Under the pieces are notes generated by a model that saw only the letters and a list, made by a program, of their open reading frames with translations, did no database searches and was not told where the DNA came from. The translations under genes and the position numbers were made by a program. Below, one piece after another: positions 1 to 12,206 of a DNA stretch of 64,000 nucleotides (positions within the stretch are counted from its first letter, which is position 1; every line of letters begins with the position of its first letter). The DNA is from Azolla caroliniana (lineage: Eukaryota; Plantae; Polypodiophyta), in contig JBHGNT010000015.1 of the NCBI GenBank assembly GCA_043228905.1, positions 1,798,001-1,862,000 on the forward strand, written 5' to 3'.

Positions 1-349
1 TTTGCTTAATATTTTGGTCATTTTCCTTTTGCTATAAATTATGGTTGGCAATAAGGATATCAACCATCTCATGCACATCGAGAAACTTGAGGGCGCACAC
101 AAATTTGATGTGGAAAAAGCAATGTTATAATATTTGATTGTAGAAGAAGCAATCAAATTCAATCAAGGGCAAAGAAGTAAAGCCTATGTCATAAAGATGG
201 CTAAGGGGGTGGGTGTTGATTGGGTAGGAAATTTGTGAGTTGCAAATACGAAGGAGGTGGGCAAATAGCAAAGGAATTATGAGACAGGGAGATGAGGTGT
301 GCATGAGGAAATATTGGGGGAGGGCGGAAGGTGTGGGGAAAAGAAAGAA

Positions 350-3300
350 ATATCAACCCGACTACGTTGAGGTTGGAGACGACACTATTCATTCGATACA
401 GTAGGTCGGCAATGTGTTATCCAACAAAGAAGGCAACCAAACATATATCAAAAACATATTGCATGTTCCAACTATAATGAAGAACTTGGTCTCAATCGAC
501 CAAATTGTGGAGCAATGCATGCAAGTTCACTTCAATCACGAAGGTTTCTTCATTGAGAAAGAGGGCCGACTCATTGCTCACGGACGAAGAGAGGGCAGAG
601 TGTTCATTCTCGACTCATAGGAGGTGAAATCGACCATGTTTGCAAAGGGTCTTAAAGCTGACTTGAACATAAAATTGTGGCATAAAAGGATCGGCCACAT
701 CAACTATCAAGAGCTCAAAGGAATGCAGTCAAAAGGAGTTGTCATATTGGACTATCGACCTTTACAAAGAAGGAAATTTCTGGAGTGTGTGAAGCTTGCC
801 AATTTGGCAAGCAATATCGGTACCTGTTTCTGAAGGAGAGAAATGTAAGCAAAGGCCTCCTAGACATAATTCACTCAGAAGTGTGGGGTCCAGTTTAGAC
901 AACAACATTCAGAGGATGTCGTTATAATATCACCTTCGTTGAAGACTTCTCTAGACAAACATGGATCTTCCCCATGCGACAAAAGAGTGAAGTGTTCTTA
1001 CACTTCCAAAAATTTAAAAGCAGAGTTGAAAAGGAAACCGACCGGCATGTACGATGTCTTCGGTCAAACAGAGGCAAAGAATACGTCTCTGGTGCTTTCA
1101 TAGCATACCTTCGATAAGAAGGAATTTGGTGGGAGTTTACTTGCCGACATACACCTCAACAAAATGGAGTAGTTGAAAGAAAAAATCGGCACATCCTCGA
1201 GGTGGCTAGGGCGATGATGAACAGGAAAAACTTGCCTAAATTGTATTAGGCTGAAGCGGCAAATACTATCGTATACCTAATGAACCAGTGCACAACATCC
1301 GGAGTGCATGACCTAACCTATGTCGTGACATAACCCCCCCACGAGAGGTATTATGAAAGAAAGTCGGATCTATCCCATTTACTGATATTAGGCATTATTG
1401 CATACATGCACATTCCTGATGAAAAGCGGTAGAAGCTTGATCCGAAATCAAAGACTTGCATCCTTGTGGGATACTCACTTGAACAAAAGAGGTACAAATG
1501 CTTTAACCCATCTACCCGAAAATTTCGTGTGAGTTTGGACATTGTATTCGACGAATCGACATCCTGGTACATAACTGACTCAACTCCATCCAAACTAGTT
1601 GCGGCCGATTTCAACATAGACTCAAAGGAAGACGATCGACTAAGGCTTATACTAGAGGAAAGTCCAAGCTCAACCAGTCTGAGTGGACCTCAAGAGCCTC
1701 TGAGCAATCACATCACGTCACGACCAAGTCCAAAATCGGACAAAGGGAAGGCCAAAAGGCTTGAATACGAGGATGACCAACCCGACGGAAACCAATCGGC
1801 TCACTCACTAGACAATGAGTATGGTGAATTTGATGTGCCCATCACGAGAACATCCGGAGTGAAGAAAGCATTTGCAGGAACAGATAAAAAACTCTGACGT
1901 TCCAATCGAGAGAAGAACCCAGTCAGTCGATTACCGACTATATGGCATATCATTATGCCTTTATGATGAAGGTGGTGACCATTCGGGAGCTAGAGAGTTT
2001 TGCCAAAGCCGCTCAAGATCCACGATGGGTCAAAGCAATGAATGACGAAATGCAAGCACTCAGCAAGAACGAAACTTGGGACGTTGTCCCTCCTTCACCA
2101 CAATGGAAAGCAATCGGTTGTCGGTGGATCTACAAGGTGAAATACAATGTTGACGGCATGGTCAATCGATAGAAAGCCTGACTTGTCCCAAAAAGCTATG
2201 AGCAAACCCATGGGGTCAATTATGAAGAGACCTTTGCCTTGGTGGCAAAGATGATTACCATTCGAACCGTAATTGCGCTTGCGGCAGTAAAAGGATGACA
2301 CTTCCATCAAATGGATGTCAAGAACGCCTTCCGTCAAGGCGAATTAGACGAGGAGGTGTATATGGTAAAACCAATCGGCCTCAAGTCTAGATTGCATCCA
2401 ACTTTTGTTTGCCGACTCAAAAAACCTCTCTATGGCCTCAAGTAGGCGCCCAAAGCATGACACTCGAAGATCACTCATTATCTTCATCAAGTCGGCTTCA
2501 GAATGTCATAATCCGACAATTCCATGTTCATTCAGACTGACTCCAGAGGGCAATTATTCATCATAATATATGTCGATGACTTGGTAATGGGTGGAGAACA
2601 TATAACCGACATTAACAACATCAAGATGCTCTTCTCCAACAAATTCAACGTGAAGGATATGAAGGAGCTCCATTACTTCCTAGGTATAGAAGTAATTCAG
2701 ACCTTTAATGACATTGTGATCTCCCAACGACACTACATTTTGAACTTACCGTAGAAGTTCGACAAGATTGAGTGCCAACCTATGGCGATCCCTCTGGATC
2801 GAAACCTAAAGCTTAATGTTGATTCAGGCACCGCAGAGTGCAAATCAACACGATATTGGCAACTTGTTGGACGCCTCATCTGCCTCACCATCACACAACC
2901 CAACCTCATCTATATGGTCGACCTCCTTAGCCAGTTTATGCAAACACCATGTAATATGCAGTGATCCTTCGACAGTAGAGCAATATCATGGAGCAATAAG
3001 AAACAACCAACAATCGCATTGTCGAGCACAGAGGCTGAATACATGGGCGTGACCATTGCCGCATGTGAAGTCGTATGGCTCAAGAGGATTTTGAAGGATT
3101 TGGACATCTCCATCAAAGATCCAATCCTCCTATACTACGACAACCTAACCAATATTCATTTGGTTTGGAGCCTGGTCTTTCACGCTCATACTACGCACAT
3201 TGAAGTGCATTATCACTTCATATGAGAACGTGCCCTCACCGAAGATGTTAACCTTCAACATATCCGCACAAACCTTTAGATGACCGACATTTTTACAAAA

Positions 3301-3962
3301 CCCTTATGAGCCAACAAGTTTCGGCAATTCACGTCGGATCTTGGTCTTTCAACCTTCGACTTGCCAAGCTTGAGGGGGAGTGAGCTTGAGTCGAAAGCAA
3401 AATGAGTCAGCACCATCAAGCACACCTTCAAGCCGGACTCAGATGAAATTTAGACACGGAGCCGAATGAACAAAGGAAACAGAGTGAGCCGGCTTTCAAA
3501 GTCGAAGCCGAACCTAGACACTATCGAAGCCGGATCCAACAAGACGAAAGTCAACTTTCCAATAATTGGAATTTGAGCTTGAAGGGGCTTGTTGAGAATC
3601 AAACTCGACTTCCCTAGTGTGTGAACACACTTTAGGAATACTCAAGTGTGTGAACACCCCATTACTATGTAGCAATAACTAATGTGTCATAGACATCACT
3701 CTTATGACACATAGTTAGTAGGTAGTTAAGTTTCTCCCTCTTTCCCAATAGGTAGTTGTAGTAAGAGAATATAGAGAGACGGTGACTATATAAGCACCTT
3801 CTCCTCTTCTTTGTATTTGTTGGTTATTATTCTTTTGAAATTCAATACATCTTTCTAAGTTTCTGTCTATCTTGTGTCGACTCTCTCTCTCTCTCTCATA
3901 CACACACACACACACTTCTAATTTGTTTTCGTTGCACAAAATCATACACTCAATTCTTTACA
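350..3962 (+). mobile_element. Degenerate, 5'-truncated Ty1/copia LTR retrotransposon (protease region, GAG-pre-integrase, integrase, RT, RNase H, PPT, 3' LTR)
   Basis: Broken ORFs in copia order: ILHVPTIMKNLVS, LWHKRIGHIN, TPQQNGVVERKNRH (~1150-1192), MGYSLEQKRYKCFNP, AIGCRWIYKVK, IIIYVDDL, SSTEAEY...HIEVHYHFI; many stops and frameshifts. No gag or 5' LTR seen; boundaries approximate. Confidence 0.92.
3590..3962 (+). repeat. Putative 3' LTR of the first copia element
   Basis: Starts TGTTG right after purine tract GAAGGGG, contains CTATATAAG (~3786) and ends TTTACA. No second copy in the window, so the right end is tentative. Confidence 0.5.
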
Positions 3963-4867
3963 AAGATTGTGGTCTTTACTCAATTCTGGAATCATGGACC
4001 TCTTCGAGAAGCAACGAAAAAAAGAGAATATCCACACCTCCCATAAACTCTTGGTCCATTGCTATACCCACCTTTAGCTTCACACCCCCCTCCCACCCTC
4101 ACACGCATCTTCATTTTCGTTCTAATATCCATCTTCATCTTCTAGTGTCATGACTGCTTATAGTGACTATTTGATCAACAAACTTTTGCAAAGAAAGCTT
4201 GAAACATATGTTGGTAATGCAGAACCGAAAAATTGAGCTCATGACGAGAAGATGCAATATAAGCTAGTAAAGAAATGCCCCTGCTAAAGAGCATGCAACA
4301 GAACTGCATGAAGACAACTCGAGAAAGGTAGGCCCATGACTAATAAAACTAAACAAAATTACCTCCTCCATCATCATCTCCCATTGCATCAACAACTTAC
4401 CATGACCCTCCTCATCCTCGTCCACGTGTAAAAAGTGCAGGTGCTTGATTCTTGAGCACTTGCACATTTTTTATGCTTAACACCATAACCACCTAGCCTT
4501 CTCAGGTTCACAAGTAACCGCATTCACAACTTTTTCCCTCTATACTAGTTCAACCACATCATCTCCACAAGGTTTCCCCCAACCCTCCTTTTTCATCAGC
4601 TAAGTTTATCATGCTCACGCCACCATCACCATACCAAAACTGGGAGACTATGAGTTAGATTGGACTTCATCAAAACATTCATTGTAATCCGTAACCCAAA
4701 TCCGCATGAACCCCCTTGCTTCTTGATGCTACACCAACTTCTCCTCTCCCCCTTGTTGGTTTACACCTCACCTTAGTAAGCCCCTTATGATTTGTCTCTA
4801 GACACAAGTAGTTATTTGCCTTCATCCTACCAAGTTTACTCTGAGGTGGTATAACCCACCCCAATCA

Positions 4868-4868
<1 letters not shown>

Positions 4869-4908
<40 letters not shown>
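4869..4908. repeat. (CA)n microsatellite
   Basis: About 20 CA units read directly. Confidence 0.95.
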
Positions 4909-4909
<1 letters not shown>

Positions 4910-5066
4910 GACTTCCAATCTTCCTCCTTTCAACACCTCTATGCTCCTCACCACCTTATTAATGCGTCTCCCTTTTCCCCACATCAATCACCCAAAAACA
5001 TTATTCTCACTACATCACCCACCCCACCCCCCTAGCCTGACCCAACCCAACTTCTCCTACCAAAAT

Positions 5067-5621
5067 TGTTAAGATCGTGACTAGCCACAACCGGTTACAC
5101 TCCAAATGTTCGGGTGCAAAGATCTAGAAAAGGTAGTGCTCAAACAACGAGAAGGCAAAAAACACAAGTACTGAAACACAAGATCTTTTATGTGGAAAAC
5201 CCCGAAAAGGAAAAAACCACGGGGGTCCATAAACCCCAAGAAAATAGAATCACTAATAATGAGGGAGGAATACAAGGAGGCTCGAAAGCAACAACCTCGA
5301 GCTCGTCTTTGTCAAACTAACGACTGTAGAGTTACTCACACACTCTCTCTCCTACTCACAGTTACAGAGGCAACAACCTTCTAACTAATAATGATCAACC
5401 CCTTAAAGTTTTCCCTAGTTGTATATATATACTAATACAACTCTCTGGCTATTTACAAGTATAGCCCACAAGGGGCACATTTGGACTATTTACAAATATA
5501 GTCTCCGAATCGGCTATTAAATCAATTTTCGGTTTCGATCTCAGCCTCGACCGAATTACCCATGTGTCCTCAATTCGGTTCGTTCTCTTCATCCCATCCA
5601 GAGGGACCTGTTTTCCCAAAA
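5067..5621 (-). repeat. 3' LTR of second copia element
   Basis: TGTTAAGATCGTGAC... aligns with 9661-10203 (roughly 90% identical by eye, mostly transitions); abuts the PPT. Confidence 0.93.
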
Positions 5622-5623
5622 AA

Positions 5624-5633
5624 CTTCCCCTTC
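5624..5633 (-). other. Polypurine tract of second copia element
   Basis: GAAGGGGAAG on the minus strand between the pol stop (5647) and the 3' LTR. Confidence 0.8.
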
Positions 5634-5646
5634 ATTCCAGCATGGG

Positions 5647-8600
5647 TTATTTCACCAATCCGACCCTTTGTCAGCACTCGTTTAGCTTTTCGGCTGACAA
5701 CACCTTCGTTAGCATGTCCAACCCGTTCTTCGTTGTATGTACCTATACTAGAGCAAACTCCTTCTCTTCTACTCCCTCTCGGAGCCAATGCTATCTCCTT
5801 TGGATGTGCTTGGTCCTCGAGTGGTAGGCGGCATTTTTCGCAAGGTGGATGGCACTTTGGTTATCGCAATGGAGTCAAAATTCCTCTTGTTGAATTCCCA
5901 ACTCTTCAATAAATTCCTTCATCCAAATTATTTCCTTACCGGCTTCCGTTGTGGCTATGTACTCAACTTCCGTGGTCAACAATGCCACGGTCTTCTATAG
6001 CTTCGACTGCCACGAAACAACTCCCCCTGCATAGATCATTACGTATCTGGACGTTGATCAACTGGTATCCACATAAGCCGACATGTCTGAATCCATATAA
6101 ACTTCCAATGTGGGGTTACCCGAGCCGAATCGGAAACACACGCTCGAGGTGCCTCTTAGGCACCGAAGTATCCACTTGACCTCTACCCAATGCTCTCTTC
6201 CGGGATTGCTCATATATCGGATGACAACTCTGACAGCGTATCCGATGTCTGCCCTGGTACAAACCATCGCGTACATCAGGCTTCCGACTGCGGAGGCATA
6301 AGGGACTTTTGACATCTTGGCCTTCTTGGTTTTCGATTTCGAACATTGATCTTTGCTTAGCTTGTAGTTCGTCGGCAGTGTCAAGCCGACCGGTTTCGTG
6401 CTTACCATGCCAAATCTCTGGAGCACCTTTGTCACGTACTTCTCCTATGACAACCACAACAATTTCTTTGTTCGATCCCGAACAATGTGCATTGCCATGA
6501 TTTATTTCGCCAGACTTATATCTTTCATCAAGAACGACCTACTCAAGGCCTTCTTCAAACTTCCGATTTTCCTCGGGTCCTATCCAACAATCAGCATGTC
6601 ACCAACATACAACATGAGGATGAGAAAATCTCATCCATCATACTTCTTGATAAAGACACAATGACCAGCTTGTGTCTTGCCAAAACCGTGATCCACCATG
6701 AAAGATTCAAACTTTTGGTACCATTGCCGAGGTGCCTGCTTTAGCCCATACATGCTCTTTCTCAATCGGCATACCGGGTTTTCTTTACCTTTTTCTTTGA
6801 ATCCTTTTGGCTGCTCCATGTATATCTCCTCTTTAAGATCGCCATGCAATAATGTTGTCTTGACATCCATTTGTTCAACTTCGAGATCCATGTTGGCTGT
6901 TATGCTCAACACCGTTCGGATGGATGTCATCTTCACTACCGGGGCAAATATTTCGTCAAAATCTACACGCTTCTTCTATTGAAAGCCTTTCACCACGATT
7001 CAAGATTTATACCTGGGTGGATTCTCACCACCTCCCAGTTTCAACTGGTATACCCACTTATTCCGGAGTGCCCTTTTCCCTTTCGTCAACTCGGTCAATT
7101 CGTATGTGTGGTTCTCATGCAAGGAGTCCATCTCCTCTTGCATGACATTTAACCACTTTCGGTTGTGGGTAACTTTTCTTTGCTTCTTCAAAGCTTTCTG
7201 GCTCCCCCTAATCGGTTAGCAGTACGCGCTCTTCATCCGAAAATCTTTGGGGAACCCTTCTTTCTCTTAGGGGATATCTTCAGCCTCCATTCGGCACGGG
7301 TGGTTCTTCTTCAACTTCTTCGTCCGAGTCAAATTCGGTTCCTTGTTCGGCTGGTTCTCCTTTTTCTTTAGTCGGTTCTCGATTTTTCAGAGTATTAAAT
7401 CGGCCGATTGGCTCGGATTCGATTTCGATTGAATTGACTTCTACTCGATCTGGTCAAGCATTGACTTGGCTCGATTCGATAGTTGGAATTCTCAATCTCC
7501 CAATTGACAATTGTCTTCTCCTCCATGAGGACGATGTCTCAGCTCCTAATCACCTTCTTCTCAATTAAGTCCCATAGCTGATAGCTGAATTCGTCGTCAC
7601 CGTAGCCGAGAAATATACATGGCCGAGATTTCGGGTCTAGCTTCCCCCTCCGGTCCTTTGCAACATGCACATAGGCAAGACTACCGAACACCCTCAAGTG
7701 CCGGTACGAAACGTCTTTGCCGCTCCACACCCTTTGTGGAATATCACCGTCCAAGGGTATTGAGGGTGATCGATTGATCACATATGTTGTCGCCATCAAC
7801 ACCTTAGCCCAGAATGTCTTCAGTAACTTTGTGTGTGCAAGCATACTTCGGACCCTCCCATTACGGTTCGGTTCATTCTCTTAGCCAGCCCATTAAGCTC
7901 TGGCGTCTTCGGTGTGGTATACTCGAGCCGGATTCCCTGCGCTTGGCAATATTCTTCAAACGGTCCACAATACTCTCCGCCATTGTCCACTCGAACTGCC
8001 TTCAGTTTTCAGCTAGTTTCCCTCTCGGCCCTCACGTGGAATTCTTTAAAAACGGATAACACCTGGTCCTTCGTTTTCAGCATGGAAGCCCGCAACTTCC
8101 GGCTATAGTCATGTGTGAAGGTCACAAAATACTGTGAACCAACATGCGATTTTGTATCCACGTAGCATACATCCGTATGCACGAGTTCCAACAACATTTT
8201 CTTCCTCATCGGGGGCCTCAATCGGAAGGAGGTTCGGTTCTGCTTGCCTGCCAAGCAATCTATGCACTTCTCAAGGTGCATTTTCTTTACCTCCGGTAAG
8301 AGGTTATCCTCGACAAGCTTTCACATCCCCTTCTGGCTCATGTGACATAGCCGCTTGTGCCATAGCTCGCCGGTTGTATCGGCTACCACATTGACTTCCT
8401 CTCGGCATAATTGAGCATGCATCAAGTATAATGTGTTTGTCTTTTGGGCTCGAGCCACAATCAGGTTTCCCTTGCAGAATTTCATGACGTCATTCCAGAT
8501 GCTACCCATGTAGCCTTCGTCATCCAGTCGACCGACTCATATCAAGTTCAGTCGAACTTCCGAAACGTCTCGTACATCTCTCAACACAAGTCTGCACCTA

Positions 8601-9644
8601 GTTGACGTTACCAAACACACATCTCGTATGCCGCCGATTTGGCTTGCTCCTTCATTTCCCATTTTTACAAGATCGTGGACTCCGGCCTTGTATGATGAGA
8701 AACACTTTCGGTTGGGGGTTAGGTGAAACGACGCACCCGAATCGACCACCCATGTGGATTCTTCGCTGGCGAGATTGACCTCATTTTGTTCACTAATGAA
8801 CAACATCTCCTCTTCACTCACGGTGATGGTTGAGGTGTTCTTTCTATCTGAGATTTTCTTCGGCTCTGCACCATCAGCTCCCTCTTTCTCCTTTCGAAAG
8901 TGTCGGCAATTCTTTTGGAAGTGCCCCGGCTTCCCTCAATAGAACCACGTGGGTCTCCCCCTCAACTTCGATCTCATCCCCGAGTTATCTTGATTCTGGG
9001 GACTTCGATTTCGGTCTCTTCCTTGATTCATGTCACTTTCCGTGACAAGGGCCGTCGGGTCGGTATTGGCCTCTCGGTCCTTCCGGCAAGCTTCTTCATT
9101 CAATAAGCTCGACTTCACCTGCTCTAGGGATAAGTGTTTCCCTTCTGGTCCCACGTTGCCCAATGTGACAACCAACATTTCCCAGCTGTCCGGAAGGGAT
9201 CCCAACAACAATAATGCTAATACCTCATCGGCCAGAGGTACTTCTAGAGGGGTGGTTTGGTTCATCAATCCTTGGAAGACATTATTATGCTCTGCCATGT
9301 TGGGGTTGTCTTGATACTGGAGTCTCACGATTTTTCTGAAACCTCAAACTCGGTTCACGACATTCTTATTTTCAAACATTACGCCTATCTTCTTCCACAT
9401 GACATCGACTTTTGTTTCTTCACAAAAGTTGTTGTATATACTCATGTCTACATAAAACACCTTATATATGCGGCCGCCTTCAGATGCAACACTTCCCCCA
9501 AGTCGCTACATCAATCTTGTTTGGCCTTTTATCTTCGAACTGCATTGGCAGCCAAAGGTCTTTGAGCATGTCCCGCATCTTCGACTTACACACCGAATAG
9601 TTGGAGCCGGTAAGTTTGAACATGCCGCCGAATGAGTCTTCCAT
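5647..9644 (-). pseudogene. Disrupted copia gag-pol polyprotein
   Basis: ATG at 9644 (MEDSFGGMFKLTGSNYSV), LLLLGSLPDSWE, WVVDSGASFH, LWHKRLCHMS, LELVHTDVC, KLDPKSRPCIFLGYG, EQMDVKTTLLHGDL, YGLKQAPRQWY, VPYASAVGSLMYAM; many stops and frameshifts. Confidence 0.92.
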
Positions 9645-9645
9645 A

Positions 9646-9657
9646 GCTCTGATATCA
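9646..9657 (-). other. Primer binding site (initiator tRNA-Met type)
   Basis: TGATATCAGAGC, 3 nt inside the 5' LTR; one mismatch to the canonical TGGTATCAGAGC. Confidence 0.85.
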
Positions 9658-9660
9658 GTT

Positions 9661-10203
9661 TGTTAAGATCGTGACCGGCCACAACTGGTTACACTCCAAA
9701 TGTTTAGGTGCAAAGATCTAGAAAAGGTAGTGCTCAAACAGAAACGAGAAGGCAAAAAACACAAGTACTGAGACACAAGATCTTTTATGTGGAAAACCCG
9801 AAAAGGGCAAAAGCCATGCGGGTTCGCAAACCCCAAGAAAACAGAAACACTAATAATGAGGGAGGAATACAAGGAGGCTCCGAGGCAACAACCTTGAGCT
9901 TGTCTTCGTCAAATTGACGAATGCAGAGTTACTCACACACTCTCTCTCCTACTCACAGTTACAAGGGCAACAACCTTCTAACTAATAATGATCAACCTCT
10001 TAAATTTTGCCCTAGTTGTATATATATACTAATACAACTTTTTGACTATTTACAACTATAGCCCACAAGGGGCACATTTGGACTATTTACAAATATTGTC
10101 CTCCGAATCGGCTATTAAATCGATTTTCGATTTCGATCTTGGCCTCAACCAAATTACCCATGTGTCCTCAATTCAGTTTGTTCTCTTCTTCCCATCCGGG
10201 GGA
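9661..10203 (-). repeat. 5' LTR of second copia element (outer ~15 bp missing)
   Basis: Matches the other LTR up to ...CCCATCCGGGGGA, then diverges. Confidence 0.92.
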
Positions 10204-11669
10204 TAGAACATATTTGCTCTTAAAGTTTTAGGCCAAATGGCCAACTCAATGTGAGAAAGGACAAACCCTATGTGGAGAAGCTATAAAAGTCACTTTTTGT
10301 GACTTTTGAGCTTCTTTTTCTAACCGACAATCTCGAGCCCCTTCTATTGCTTGAGCTTGACCTCTCTCTTCTCCCAAGTGATTAGGGTTAAGTACTAAGT
10401 ATTATACAAGCCTTAATAACCCCTCTTCTTGTATGTGTTATATGATTCTAATTAATCGAGGTATGGTTAGTGTCATCATATGTAATCCTTTGCTTTTAGC
10501 ACATATGCAAGTTCTTAACACTTATGCCTTGTGAGAATAGTCCTAGCAATGTAAGAGTGAGAGTTCGGGATACTAGGGCCTTATGATACTAGCAGCTCAA
10601 GGACAATTGTCCTTGCATGATTGGCCACCATTAGGGTATACGATGGTCTCAACCCATCAACCAAAGAGTCCAAAAATAAGAGAGATCCCTTGCGGACATA
10701 TAGACATGCCCTCAATGTAAGACACCTTGAGGCAATGCTATAATATTGTGTCTTCTTTCTCATCACTATTCCTCAATATTGATACAATGTTAGTGCTTTT
10801 TTAAAAATCTTTTACAAGCTTGAACATTTTGAGATGAGCGTTGCAAGATTAGATTTTTGATAGAACTCTCACATCTTTACTAAGAGAGAGGTTCATGATA
10901 GAACTTTCAACCCTCTTTACATTAAGTTTAGCTTTTAGATAACAAGGTCACATAGTGTGTCTTTTGTTGCAATGTGCAAGTATAAGAGCTTCTGGTATAG
11001 CTAAGTCTAGTAACAATAGGCCAATAGGCCAATTTTGATTGTGTTCACTAAGGATGCATTACATTCTTTCACAAATACATAGTCAACTACATCACTTCCT
11101 CCTCGCAAATTTGGGAAACATGTCAAAATAACTTGGGTAATGGGAGATGGGAAAATAAGTAAAGATACTTGCAACAAGGAAAGAAGCAAGTGACATGTGA
11201 TAAGCCATTTCCTCATGTTTAGATAAAAAGAGCATTTTCGTAGCTTCCATGAGGATAGAAGTATGTTCTTCTTTTGGAGAGCCTTATTGAGCACTTTTCA
11301 TACGGTAAACCATTGATGAGAAAGTGGCCCATTAGGTTGATGCGAAAGTATGCCTTAGCAGGTGCTATGGGAAAGCAAGTGTTTTTGTTCACAAACAAGA
11401 GACTCGAGCCTGTAAATTCAACTCACAACAACTAAGTATTGTCAATTTTAATTTCAAAGCATATTGTTAGATAGTTATGATATGTGAAGTTCTTATTTTA
11501 TAGTCATTTTAGATTGTACTACTAAGGTTATTCATGCTCTAGAAGTGCAATGGAGTGCTTTCCAATTAGTTGGTTTTCGTTCACATGAAATATGTCGTCT
11601 ACATAAAGAATTAATATTTTCTTTAATGACATCCACTTAGAAATGTAGTTTTTATTTTTATTTTTATTT

Positions 11670-12206
11670 TTATATAAAAGATTTTCTTCAATAATCTTAA
11701 GAACAAAACGCCCAAAGGCTACAACTTGAACCTAGCTACCAAGAAGGTTACAACTTTCTTTATACAATGATATAAACTACGAGGATGTTTACATTTGTTG
11801 ATATTCAAAGAGTCCATGGAAGTCGATATTGCCATTGAGGCTCTTGAGCTACCATTGTAAACAGGGGCACCTTTTTCCATAAATGAAGAAGCGTTTTCCT
11901 TTTCTTGTTCACAGTATCTGGGGAACCTTGCATATTGTTATATAAAAGATTTTCTTCAATAATATTAAGAACAAAACGCCCGAAGGCTACAACTTGAACC
12001 TAGCTACCAAGAAGGTTACAACTTTCTTTATACAATGATATAAACTACGAGGATGTTTACATTTGTTGATATTCAAAGAGTCCATGGAAGTCAATATTGC
12101 CATTGAGGCTCTTGAGCTACCATTGTAAACAGGGGCACCTTTTTCCATAAATGAAGAAGCTTTGTCCTTTTCTTGTTCACAGTATCTGGGGAACCCTGCA
12201 TATTGT
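11670..12206. repeat. 268-bp tandem duplication of the LINE 3' end
   Basis: TATAAAAGATTTTCTTCAATAAT at 11673 and 11941; the two copies differ at only a few positions. Confidence 0.95.

Larger units (their letters stand above)
5067..10203 (-). mobile_element. Near full-length but inactivated Ty1/copia (Tnt1/Tork-like) LTR retrotransposon
   Basis: Two ~545-555 bp LTRs (5067-5621, 9661-10203), tRNA-Met-type PBS, PPT, and gag-PR-INT-RT-RH fragments on the minus strand. Confidence 0.95.

Noticed and set aside
5081-5384. Short ORFs repeated at 9663-9917
   Set aside because: They lie within the two LTR copies; no protein features.
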